A stretch of 40,809 nt of DNA from Halocafeteria seosinensis (lineage: Eukaryota). Location: NCBI GenBank assembly GCA_001687465.1, contig LVLI01000262.1:1-40809 (forward strand), written 5' to 3'. The translations under genes were made by a program, and so were the position numbers. The notes under the pieces were generated by a model. It was not told the DNA's origin. It did not search any database and worked only from the letters and a program-made list of their open reading frames with translations. Below, piece after piece: positions 1 to 12,116 of this stretch; positions within the stretch are counted from its first letter, which is position 1; every line of letters begins with the position of its first letter.

Positions 1-3000
1 CTCTAACAATAATGAGGTGGAACCAGTAATCGTTGTTCCACCCACACTTGAAAGTGCCATGTTAGACTCAGTTGATAATGTCATCAGATTGGCCGCACCA
101 TCAAGGATAATTTGACTATTTTGAGTTCCACCTTGTAAAAGTAACGAAGTTGACCCCGTGATGGATGTACCACCTTGGCTGTTCAACTCCATGTTTGCTG
201 TGGTGGAAATGTATACGTCACCTCCTTCCTCATTTCCCTCCCCGGCTTTGATGACTATATCTCCTCCGCCTTCGGAGCCATTCGAATCACCCGCAACGAG
301 TGAAATGGCTCCGCCTCTGGACGTCCCCTTGCCGGCGCCACCGGCACTGAGTACTATATCTCCTCCGTTTCCCCCTTGATCTGTTCCTTCAGCTGTATGT
401 ATTGTAATTGTTCCTCCCTTGGAAGCCTGGCTGTTGTCGGCCTTTATTGTTTCGATTGTTATGGAATTAGACTCTGGCACTACTGCACCAGAATCCTTTC
501 TTCCGTTCCGTATAAACATATCACCTCCCTGGAACAGCATTTCGCCTCTCGTTGGGTCGAGGATCATGTGTGGTACTTGCATTTGATCTCCGATGGTGCT
601 GTCGAATTGGCCGAGATGGAGTTTGCCATTGGCTTTGACGAAGAAGGTTGGAACACTGTCGATACCTCCAATTTTGGTTTCCCCCCTGATATAGGAATGT
701 TTCGCATTGTTTTGCGGGTCCTCAATTATAGCCTGAACAACCGTCCCATCATTGATGAAAGGACTTGCGGCACTACGAGCGATAAGTACTGTTGTTTGAG
801 TCGTTTGGTCGTTTGAGATGCTGATTTCTGCACCACTGCTGTCGACCACCAAGCCACCTGCCTCGATTGTGGCCCCTCCTGCCTCAACAACAAGCCCACC
901 AGACGGAATCACTAATTGACCAGTGAGCTCAAGTCCTCCAGCCAGTATCTGGAGTCCGTGACCAACTAGAACGTCTCCGTCCCCTCGCACTCGGAAAAGC
1001 ATGTCTTCACCTGCGTCACCACCTGTGTCAGCATCACTCTCACGCACACAGTAAATGAAATTTGTGTCGTCACGTTGGATGGCTCCAACGGGGTGGTCCG
1101 TCTCTACGCGAAGCAAGTCACCCGTGTATATACCGACATCTGCATCACTGTTCTTGATGTGAACCGCAGCATCTTTTCCCGCCCTTTCGTATACCCTAAG
1201 GCCACCTTTATCAACCTCCAATCCTCCGTCGGTTATGGTCACTCCCCCGTTTGTGCCCATGACCTCGGTATGTCCGTTGCCATCAATTTGAAAGACAGGC
1301 GTAATCTCACCGTCCGAATGCTGTTCAAATTTCACGAAATGATGATCTGAAAAGACTTCTTTATCTTCCTCAATTGTAATCAACAGGGCGTCTCCTACAA
1401 AGGCCTGATCCTTTGCGCTACGGTCAACTTCGATTGTCAATGCACCGGCTTCTTTGCCATCAGACTTTTGTTCTACGACGATCCCTCCTTTGTTGACTTG
1501 TAGTCCACCACTGTTTATGATTATCCCTTCGTCTTCCACGATAATTGCACCCTCTTCGACTGTAATGCCACCAGCGAGTGTAGTGCGCCTCGAATTCAAG
1601 TGGTCCACGCTAAGCATTCCGTTCCCGAAAAGGGCAAACTTCTGCACGCCTGCTGCAGTTGCCTGTAGAAACTTATAATCCGAAGCGGCAGCTTTCTCTG
1701 CCTCTAGGACCAAGACGGTTGAGGTAAATTTTGAGCCCACGCTAGACACGGTCCAAATGGGTTTATCTTGCTCACTAAGTAGCGTATCAGTCCTAGTTCC
1801 ACAAGCAAGTCCGGTATAGCCGTCAAAGCATGTGCATGACCCTGAATCAAGATCACACTTACCACGCGAACTGCAGTAGGTATGTTCAACTACTGTCGGC
1901 TCCTCAATGACGGAAGAAAACAGGAACGTCCCGTCCGCGGCCTGCGGCATTTTCCAATCAATTTGCCATATATGGCCTGGCGCATACCGAAATGGCCCTT
2001 CAAAAAACACGGAAATTGCCCTTTTCCCTATTCCTACTCCTGCCTGGTCTATTTGATCGGTCCCAGCATCGGAATCCGTGTCGTCTACCTCTATGTCTAG
2101 GAAGTCACCGGCGGTGAAACCTGTGGTGTCAAAGAAGTCAGAACCTGACCACTTGAACAATCCTGGAATACTTTCCGTCTTATTGCCGGAGTCCACAGTC
2201 CGCACAAACCAACGATGACTCTTATCCGCCGTACTCAGGGATGCGAGGCCAGTGTAAGAAGCAGTAAGCGATGTGGAGACTGTGTGGTCGCTGCCTGTTT
2301 TAACAGATTGAACAGTGACGTTATCTTTGTCGTCATCGATCTCGACTGTCCAGGACTGTCCAAGTTGAAACTTGTCCTCAATGTTTGTAGCGAACCTCAG
2401 TACCAGACCCGGAATGTCGTCAAACCTGTTACCAACCCACCACTCAGCGATATCGAACGGTCCGTACACCGTTTCCTCTTCAGTGTCTTCAATGGTGAAT
2501 TTGTTTGTCGCGTTAGCAATATCGACATCAAACTTTCCGGAAGACCAATGGCCCTCAAGGTCGGCCTCGAGACTCATCACAGGTTGTCTGCGGAAAGAAC
2601 TGCCACCACCAGGGAAAATATTGACCAACCACTGATATCCCGGAAGCAATCCGTCCCGCTCTGTCCAAAATACGGTGAAGTTTTGATCCTCAAACCGTGT
2701 CCTTCCTTTACCAGTGTCTGGATCGCTTACGTTCAGTTCACCCGAGAATGTGGACACGGCATTTGTATCCAAGTCTACGTCTGCTATCTCAATCGTGTTT
2801 GCAAACCCAAGGTGCCCCTCTTTGACCCGAAGCAGATAACGCCCTCTTGATGCGTCTTTATCAGCAATGACCATGCTGAGTGTTGCACTGACTCCTTGGC
2901 GGATAGAAATACTTGGAGCATAACCCTTAAGCCTCCATTCCGCTCCCAGCGTGTGCAACTTCGTGTCTGGCCAGTATATCTTTAGACCTTCTCCCAAATC

Positions 3001-4703
3001 TACTGCTGAATCCACCGTCGTGGGCACACTTACTTCTTCGCTCTTGCTACTGTCAGAAGACGTCCACTTAAATTTTTCACTGCCGAAAGTTGCATCGGTG
3101 AGTACTAGTTTATACTCTATCGTCTTGGCACCATGGTACACCTCCGTTTCTCTTCCAGGCTCCTTGTGGGTAACCTCTACTTCGAAACTTTCATCGTTTA
3201 GAACACAGCTATGAGCAACAGGCCACAAACTGAACTCGTTAGCTCCGTTCTTAGTATGAATGACCCATGACTCATTTTCGCTGTATGTTAACGAGCCGTC
3301 AAAGTTGAATGTAATAGCCGCTTGAGGAGAAAGTTCGCATCCAGATGCAATCTTGAAACTCGTACTATCTGTAATTTCTCTTTCCAACGACGTGCAGTTA
3401 CCGTTATCATCGAGGGTGCTTACTGGTATTGCGTCATCAGACAGGTCCTCCTTCTTATGCAAGGAAACGGAAAATGTATCTGTTTCATCGATACTGATGT
3501 GATAGAAACCGCTTTCTACGGCTGTTGAGTTGACGTTCGACACGGTGAATCCTCTAGTAGCTTTAGACATGTCACAGGAGAAAAACGAAATCGGTGGGTT
3601 ACCATCGTTGTAGGACCACAGGTTGCTCTCTGCGGTGGAAGCGAATTTCATAGCCATGTGCCATGTGATGGTGGAGTTCACCTCAGTCGATACTACCCTG
3701 GAGGATGATATCGCTGGGTGAGACTTTAGCGCTTTTTCGACTTCAGTGTTCGAGCCTTGGGTGAATGACCAGTGCACGGCTTTTCCCATGAATGTGATCC
3801 CGATTTGATCCGTTTCCTTCAATACTGCCACTCCTCCCACTTTCCCATCGACGCTTATGCTTAGCGTCCTTTCAACTTGTCCTGTTGTCTCGATGTCATC
3901 TCCCCGTAAACATGCAACTGAACAGTATCGAATGAGGTAGAAGTGGAGATCGAGTACTTGGGTATGAAATGGGACTTGGCCGACTAGATGACTTACATTC
4001 TGAACAATCTGCACCCAGCACTCCTCTGTTACATGCGCATCCATATGCCATTGTGCTCTCCCAGTTGTCATAAAGATAACCCGAGAATGATCGCTTCGTT
4101 GATCCAAACGTGTGGGATAGTTTCTCCATGCTAACACAAGCTCCGTTCTGAGAGCATTGGCGAGCACATTTCACTGCATTGCGGTAATTTTTAGTATTTT
4201 CTGTCGATAATTCGATACTCCCAAAATGCAAGCAGATAACCTTACTTCTTCCGCAACTATGGCCTTGAAACCCGTTGAAACATGTGCACAACCCTGTAGC
4301 TCGATTACAAACACCTGCGCGAGAGCACTCGGACCACGAGCCGTTGTTGTGAGCATTGTTCGCTGCAATTGCTTTATCTGTCCACGCCACTCCAAAAGGA
4401 CAATATCCTGCATAGATCACATACGCAGCTAGCGTGCAATATGAATTATGGGTGGCAAACTTGTCCGTGAAACGACGTACTCTGTGAACATGATGGTCCG
4501 AACCAGCCTGTCTGACAATCACATGTCGCAGAAGTAGTGCAGGCGCCGTGGCCAGAGCAGCTCTCGGGGCAAGCCGCTTCTACACGAACTGTATCCAAGC
4601 CACTTAAGAGGGCATGCACCAGGCACACTTGGAAGCAAATCTCAGCTATGCCATGTTTGACCCGTCTCAGTGACGGCACTCGTTTGGATGAGTTCGGGTC
4701 CAT
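1..4703 (-). CDS. Very large (>1480 aa, 3'-truncated by window edge) surface protein: SIG1/mastigoneme-like EGF N-terminus, beta-rich repeats, internal EGF, Gly-rich fibre-like C-terminal repeats
   Basis: Exons 4703-4481, 4407-4246, 4173-3997, 3917-<1 with GT-AG introns join in frame: ...ACPESCSGHGAC...CPFGVAWTD...ECSRAGVCNRATGLCTCFNGFQGHSC...GCACNRGVLGADCSEFACLRGDD. The last exon stays open to base 1 (no stop, so absent from the ORF track) and holds another EGF (YCSSRGKCDLDSGSCTCFDGYTGLAC, ~1880-1800) and GGL-x-V-xx-GG repeats. Confidence 0.85.
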
Positions 4704-5655
4704 TCTAACTCAGATTCGGCGGGACGGCATCCTCCAATCCTCCAAACAGGAGTTTATGCTTGTTTGCCTGTGTTTAATATAGGAGATACACTGCAATTGC
4801 TGGTAAACCCCTAAACTCTTTGAGACATACACGGACTCAATCAGATAGCCTCTCTGTCCTACCAGTATTCATATTCATTTTCAGCTTTTTTTCACACTCT
4901 CAATCTTGATTATGTTCGAGTACGTTGTATAGAAGCACTGTAGTGCAAATCGCATTGATCTGCCCTTCTGTATGAAGCGTCTCCCAGGGGCTATAGTGAG
5001 CGCGCCACAGAGAAACGGGCCACCCGAAGCTGTCTTTTAAACTTCACGTTTGCAGTTTGAACGTCTTCAAGCTGGGCGGCTACTTCTTTAGGAAATTGTA
5101 TCAATAGCACAAAATGTTGGAAACCGTCGCTATGAGACTTTTCCCCATTGCTTGCCAGAGATGAAGAACTGTAGGGTTCCTGCTATCCCAAACGTACCGT
5201 CGTCTGGCCGTCTTGGCTACAGCACACTCCGGGACCAGGGAATGCATAGTCATGGCCGACAACCTCCATTATTGAGTCGTTAATAGACTAGGCCATTAAA
5301 GAGGTGGGTGAGGATACATTGATTGATAAACTTCTGTGCGGTGCATTAAACCGACGCCGTAGCTGCCTTAGTAACGTAACTAAGTACTTAGCTACTCTAT
5401 AAATCGTAAATAATGCACCGTCCATATATTGAACTATGCAATACGCACCATAATATACGATTATCCCCGGGGAAGCACACCGTTTCCATATGTGGGAGTG
5501 TCAACAGAGCACCCAAGTTCGTTCCATGCTGATAGTGACATGGAATTAGAGTATGCTGATTGATTGGAATTGCTGACGTCAAGTCCAGACTCTCAGCATG
5601 GACAAGCCTGATCTTTTCATGTGACCATCTTTAGCAACCAGGTTTATTGACTTGC

Positions 5656-6175
5656 TCAGTCGTAGTCGTAATTCGGTATCAGATCATATCGATACCCTGG
5701 CCACTTCTTCCACGCCCCATAGATCATAAATACGGCATATGAGCCAGGAAGGAACGCTGTGCAAACAACGAAAGATCGGTAGACTTCGCCCTTTGTTTAT
5801 ACAGACAACACGATTGCGTCTCTTACCTAGGCATCCAACAATTATCATAGACAGTGCCCGATCCTTTCTATTTGAGAGTTCACTTATTCCAATGAGTAGC
5901 ATAGTCTGCATCGGCATCAACATGAAGAAACATACACTACGCTCATGTTCCCCAAAGTGCTCTATACTTACAGTTCCCACTATGAACAAGAAAAGCGCCC
6001 ATAGTGCTGTTTTCCAGGGGAACCATTTGCGCCTTTCCTGGCGTGTTTCATATTGGTTCACGTTCTCATCACTGCGTGGTACGTCCTGTTGCATAGGGCT
6101 ACTTGCTGCCGGATTGACTCGGCGAGTTCGTAAATCGCTGTCAACAGGAGCTGTTTCGCCTTGGGGTTTGCTCAT
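5656..6175 (-). CDS. TMEM230: TMEM230-like small two-pass membrane protein
   Basis: Exons 6175-5972, 5905-5827, 5756-5656 give ...FPWKTALWALFLFIVGT...DRALSMIIVGCLAFLPGSYAVFMIYGAWKKWPGYRYDLIPNYDYD*, the PWK...FLPG.Y...W....GY.Y..IP pattern of TMEM230/DUF872; AATAAA follows the stop. Start codon uncertain. Confidence 0.8.
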
Positions 6176-6444
6176 TCTCTCTCCGTCTTGCTTTCCGCCA
6201 GCATGGTCAACATAAGTTTCTGCTGCCAAGTTATCCAAGTCAACCAATATGTCATACAAGGTCATTTCTCCAATGAATGCCGACATTATGCCGTTGAACT
6301 TCAACTTGCCTCGTACTCTTGTGAAGTTGGGACTAGAAATTCGGAATTCCCCATTGGTATATGGACTAGCATCCTGTGGAATTGATTGTGTGTGACATAC
6401 TGTTGTTCACGTATTTGTGAAAGGTTTAACAGATTCCGTCAATC

Positions 6445-8382
6445 ATGATTACGGCCATGAGAACAGCGTTTGTGGCCTTGACAGTGGCTCTGAGCGCAGC
6501 CGCCGTCTCGGAAGCCGTCGTAGCTGGAGACAAAATCAGTTCCTTGCCAGGTAAGTGTTCTCTCAGCAAGACAAATAGTACGATATTTGTTGTTTGTCTT
6601 CGCAAGATGTGGGGTAGGCTCGTTGAGGGCCTGCGTTTCTCGCGGAATTTCGTTCAGAGCGGAATAAGAATCCCGAGGGGTCTGCCCAAAGGGCAGCTGT
6701 GAGGGGCAGTCGGATGAGGACAATTTTTGTCGTTTCGGAGCCCCTTACGGAAGGGAAGATGCATCCTAGGAATCATACAACTTACTTTGTGCATTTCTTG
6801 TTGTGGATATCCCTTGTCAGACCACTGCAATAGTCGTGATTAATTGTGGGACTGCTCTGCAGGGTATAATGGAAACTTGAAATCCGATCAGTACAGTGGC
6901 TACTTTTCGGTCCAAGGCGGAACCAAACATATGCATTACTGGTTCGTGGAATCCGAAAATAATCCTTCTTCGGACCCCGTAATTGCTTGGTTTAACGGAG
7001 GACCCGGATGTAGTTCTCTCGGAGGATTTTTCACCGAAAACGGACCATATGGAGTGAACATGACCAGCTCTGGTCCGGTCTTGTTTGATCGTCCTACCCG
7101 CTGGAACAAATTTGCCAAGTAAGGGAGACACTCTGACACTTTTCTCTTGGAATCAATTATTTGACTCTGCCGTGGAACGTGAGCGTTGCAGCGTGTTGTA
7201 CATTGAAGCCCCGGCTGGAGTGGGCTTCAGCTACGCTAATTCGATCAACGGCTACTTTACCAATGACTCGGTTACAGCCGACAACAACTATGAGGCAATT
7301 CAGAAGTTTTTCGCTGCCTATAGCGAATTCAGATCCCATGACTTTTTCTTAGCTGGCGAAAGCTACGCCGGGGTATACGTGCCGACTTTGGCGTACCAAA
7401 TTTATCAACGTGCTGGAAAGAACGGGGATCCTGTGATAAACTTGAAGGGCCTTATGGGTAAGTCATCACAGCAGTACCAACAACATTGAGCGACACGCAA
7501 ATGATTTGGTCTATCGCTTAAATTTATGCTGCAGTTGGAAATGGATGCACCGGAAACGATGTTGGCACATGCAGCGACCTCGGTCCTAAGTATCGTTCGG
7601 ATTTTCTGGGAAGAAAAGGATTGTACAGCGACGCATTGATTGCTACAATCGAACAGGAGTGCACCAACTGGGAAAGTCCATCCTCCGCATGTAATTCTGC
7701 GCTCAGTCAAATGCACCAAGAAGTTGGAGCAGTAAATATCTACGACGTCTATGCACCGTGTATTAACTCGGGAGACTCAGGCTCTGATTACTCGCATCTC
7801 TTGCTCTCAGAAACTGAGAAAAAAGCAATGGGAGAAGCTAAGCGAGTTTCAGTACAACCCGGACCTGGACCTGTTGGATGCATTAACGGAGGCCCCAGTT
7901 CAGCTTACTTGAATCAAGTTAGCGTCCGATCCGCTATTCACGTGCCAAGTGAATCTGTCACTGGAGAATGGGCAACATGCTCCAGCAAAATCTTCTACTC
8001 GAGAACCCAGTCTGATGAACCAAAGACGATTTACCCAGACCTTATCAAGAACTACCGAGTGCTGATTTTCAACGGTGATGCTGATTCTTGTGTGCCTTTT
8101 GTGGATAATGAGGAATGGACCAGTAACATGAATATACCCATGAAGAGTAAATGGCGTCCTTGGTACGTTAACCAACAAGTGGCTGGTTACGTCACTGAAT
8201 ATGAACAGGAATTCACCTTTTTGACTGTAAAAGGAGCTGGTCATGTAAGTTAGACGAGCATTCATCAAATGCCAATATGTGTTATTCTTTACTATGTGGT
8301 TTACTCGCAGATGGTTCCTGAGTTTAGGCCAGAGCAAGGGTATGCCATGGCCCAGCGTTTCGTCGCCAATCAACCTTTCTAG
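6445..8382 (+). CDS. Secreted serine carboxypeptidase (peptidase S10, cathepsin A-like)
   Basis: Signal peptide; exons ~6445-6550, 6862-7118, 7192-7457, 7534-8245, 8311-8382; motifs YSGY, WFNGGPGCSS, EAPAGVGFSY, GESYAG, NGDAD, KGAGHMVP. Confidence 0.95.
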
Positions 8383-8534
8383 ATTGTAGTCACAAATATT
8401 CCAGCATCTGCCCGTATTATAAGCACTCTAGCATGTGAGCGTTTTGTTCACTGTGAACTGCCTATCATATATTCTGTAGACGCTCGGAATAGAGTACCAT
8501 GGCATGATATTACTTTCTCTTTAGTCGAAAGCAT

Positions 8535-11500
8535 TCATTTCTCCGAATTCTCCCGCATGACTTTTTCCGTCGCATTGGCCCTGTAAAACGATAGAATGAA
8601 TAACGCGCTTAGCCGTGGCCCGTTTTCACCACTTTGACATACCGTAGTCTAGCCAGCTTGTCATGGTCGAAGTCCTTCCATGGAATAGCCAGTTCCTCAT
8701 GGCCAGATTGGAATTTTGAGACTGGAGGGACGGTATGTCGAACCAACCAGTCGGCATCAAAAATATCCGAGGGAGTTGCCCGCAGAGCCATATACAACGT
8801 CGCAAAGTCATTGGCATGCCCTTGGAGCATTGGCGCCTTTGCTCGCAGCACAGCCAAAGCCACGCGGAATAATACTGCAAGGAAAGGAGGAAGGGATAGC
8901 CAAACAATTAGATTTCCGAAGATAAAACGGAAGCTGAGAGTGAATGTCACGTACTAATGCTGCCGTGTAGAAAAAATAAATCCCAAATGCGAAGGGCTGT
9001 CCCAATCGGCATAACAGTAGTGAACAAAGCTATGAACCACTCCGTGCACACCATTTGCGCGGGTATCTGCATCCAGTCGAGGGACGACAGTTTTCGATCA
9101 GTTGGGATATTGATGGTGAAAGAAACATACGTCATGTGCTTTCATCGATTCATGCAGGGAAGGAATGAATTCCTGCAACAGAGAATCAAACACGTAGCCG
9201 TCCACTTGCGCGCCAAAGAGGGTCCCACTGTTGACATCAGCATTGGACGGGAAATGTCACATATACGAAGACAGTCATTAAAGTACGCCAAAATATCAAT
9301 GAAGACATACCTGTAGTATTCTCTCGGAAGGAATTCGTTGGCGATGACATCCAGGATCCAAAAGGCTTGCTCCTCTTCCGCAAATAGCAGCAACACACCA
9401 GCAACAAAATTAATGGATTGGGTGTAACCTATTTCAGGATTATGCGCGGCAAACGCAGTTAGAACCCTCGCTAAAGACTCTTGCCCCTGTGATACTAAAG
9501 CCAAATTCTCAGCAATACTTGTTAGTATTTAGCTAATTTTTTCCATACCTGGAGAGTCTCGAAATAAGGATGTCCTGGAAACGTGCGATGAACATCTTTA
9601 AGAATGCAATCGTAAACATAGTAAGAAGTGCCAAGTTTTACAATGTTGTGGAAGTAATTGCTAGGGTAAAGCTGCGCTTTCGATTGAGCACCGCTTAGTG
9701 CAAACCTGCAAGGGATTCGCTCCAGTTACACAAGACAGCCTCGCGCCAAGCACTGAGCTTTCTTACCATATTTGTCCTCTAAAAGCTGCAGGTAGCCCTT
9801 CATGTACGAGGGATTTGAATTCTCCGTGTAGTTCTCTAATTCCAGAAACCGATATGCGCAAGTTTTCGTAAGCATGAGAGAAATCCGCAGCGCACTGTTT
9901 ATCAAACAAACCCTTGTGTTTTTTCTCAAATATTCTGGAAAGAAATGACGACATTCTCTCTCCAGATGTCTTCCGGTCCTTGCCGCCCTCTGAGTTCGCC
10001 CGAGGCTTCCCACCATACTGAGTAATTTTCTTCGCTAAGAACTCGCTACTGGAGTTGCTTTGGGCATGTCCAATGTGTTCTCGCAGTATAGCGTCAAAAT
10101 CCGGGGATCCAATAGAGTGAACATCCCAGATTCTTTTGTACGCATGTATCGCGCCGTATTCTTCTTGAGAGGCCGCCGAAATCAGGTCAGCTACAAACTG
10201 AGACCCGTTCAACTGTCCATTGTCTAATGGTTTGTCGGCGCTCTCGCCCTTCTCCTGACCCGTTGATTCCCTTCCACTGTCCTGCTCCGCAACTGTATCA
10301 CCTTCCGGATTGGTGCTCTCAACAAGAGAAGTGGCCCGTCTTGTCGTCTCAAGGTCAGGAAGAGACTGCACCTTTCCCGGCTGGAAATGCTGTTGGTGGT
10401 GTTGGTTGTGGGCGATAGTGGCACTTGACGAAGGAAGCGAATTGGCAAAGGAGTTACGAGCTTCTCTAGACGGTCGATCCCTTTCAGCTATCCCATAACG
10501 TGATCCGTGTCCATTGCCTGCGGGTTCCGTCTCACTGGGCTTAGATAAAACATGGAAAGCCGAACATCGCCTTGCGGAGAATTCGGAGGAGCTGACAAAG
10601 TGTCCTGAGCCCTGAAATGCTTCTTCGGGTACGGACGCAGTATACCGAATAAACCCATCAGGATGCCGACTTATGCCCATTATTCCGTATTGCGCCAATC
10701 TGCCAGCATCCTTTAATTCCGACCGTTTATGGTGGATCCCACATTTTCTTATTTCTCCACTTTGTACTTGGCGGACACCAAAAGACTTCAAAAACTCCAG
10801 CCATAGAACGTCCCTCTTGCCCCACTGCATGGAAGGATAAAAAACAAAAACTCTTCTAAAACACACGGAAATGAAGGGGGAAACGCTTAGTAAAACATAC
10901 CTTAGCTCGTGCGTTGTCGATAAATTTCTTCTCTCCGTAATGGTGAGCCTTAGTGCAAGGGAACTGATACGAATCTCTGTATCAAACCAGTTAACGACAT
11001 ACTTGCTCCTAATTGATGCAGCTCCTTATCTCTTGGAGTACAATGTTATCTTACTTGTAATCCATTGTAGATTCGTCTTTGAATTTGAGCCGCACCGGTC
11101 GTGTACAGTTATGTAACAGATATACAATCTGCAACGTAAAATCTCCCAGTCACAAGTTGTGACAACCACTTGAAAGCAAGAGCAATAGAACGACAAAATC
11201 TCTTCTTACCCTCTCGAAAGGGGCATATTCCACTGAAGTATCATTAATAGTACATAAACGCATCCCTGGCCGCAGTGCATTCGTTTTTTCCGCTGCTAGC
11301 ATTCTTCCATTTGTACCTCTGAAGCCATCATTGAAACAAGAGTGTTGGAAAATAAATTCGAACACAGGTATACAAAACTCAAAATATATGTACCTCCGAA
11401 AACGCTGTATATAGGCCCCAGTTCCCATGGAATTGAAGGTGGGAGGTGAGGAGGTATCCTGTCCAATTCCTTCCCTTGCGGATGACTCCATGGGAGATTG

Positions 11501-11725
11501 CTCCTCGCCGTTTCCCATATCATGATGGTCATTCGTATCTGGCTCTTCATCACCTTTGGGGAGCCATCGACCCTGTGTAGCGTGAGAAAACCCCCGTAAA
11601 AGTCTGTCATCAGGAGGTTCTTCCGCCGGTAAGATATCTAGTCCAAAATCCTCTTCATCCAGTTCCACCGTCACTGACGCTCGGGAAGCAGTTGCTGCCT
11701 CCCCTAATGGGCTTACGGAAGCCAT
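8535..11725 (-). CDS. TBC-domain Rab GTPase-activating protein with long N-terminal region (possible PDZ-like segment)
   Basis: Spliced motifs GLPAAFRGQIW, ILKDVHRTFPGHPYF (IxxDxxRT Arg finger), LARVLTAFAAHNPEIGYTQSINF (YxQ), EWFIALF...ALRIWDLFFLHG; last exon ends ...ENSEK*. LRPGMRLCTINDTSVE resembles PDZ. N-terminal exon structure tentative. Confidence 0.9.
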
Positions 11726-12116
11726 AATCCAAGCGCCAATGCAGCAATCTAGCACGTAATGAAGCAGTCAAAGGAGCCTCTTTGGAGATGTGCGGTGATG
11801 CTCCACAGATTCTTCGCTGCCTCTCTACACTACATAGGAAGCCCCAACCAAACTAAAAGCTCACTCATAGACGGTTTCATGATAATGCCCTCTGAATGGT
11901 CAAACATGACCGTGATCTACGCGTACATTAATGAAGCTGCGGAAAAGGTGACGAAAAGATTGACGTGTTCGAGGTTGGAGGAGGCATTATAGTGGTAGTG
12001 TATGCGTATTATTATGATGATGATGATTTGTTCGTTTCCCCCGGTGTGGATTGATTTTCGTATTTAAGCCAGGCAAATCGGCTTTCCATTGATACTTAGA
12101 TTGTGGAGAAAAAGCG

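Noticed and set aside
158..3528. Many + strand ORFs of 60-211 aa
   Set aside because: They lie antisense to the continuous - strand exon and show no motifs.
4780..5640. Long gap with short ORFs
   Set aside because: No consistent spliced model or recognisable motif found.
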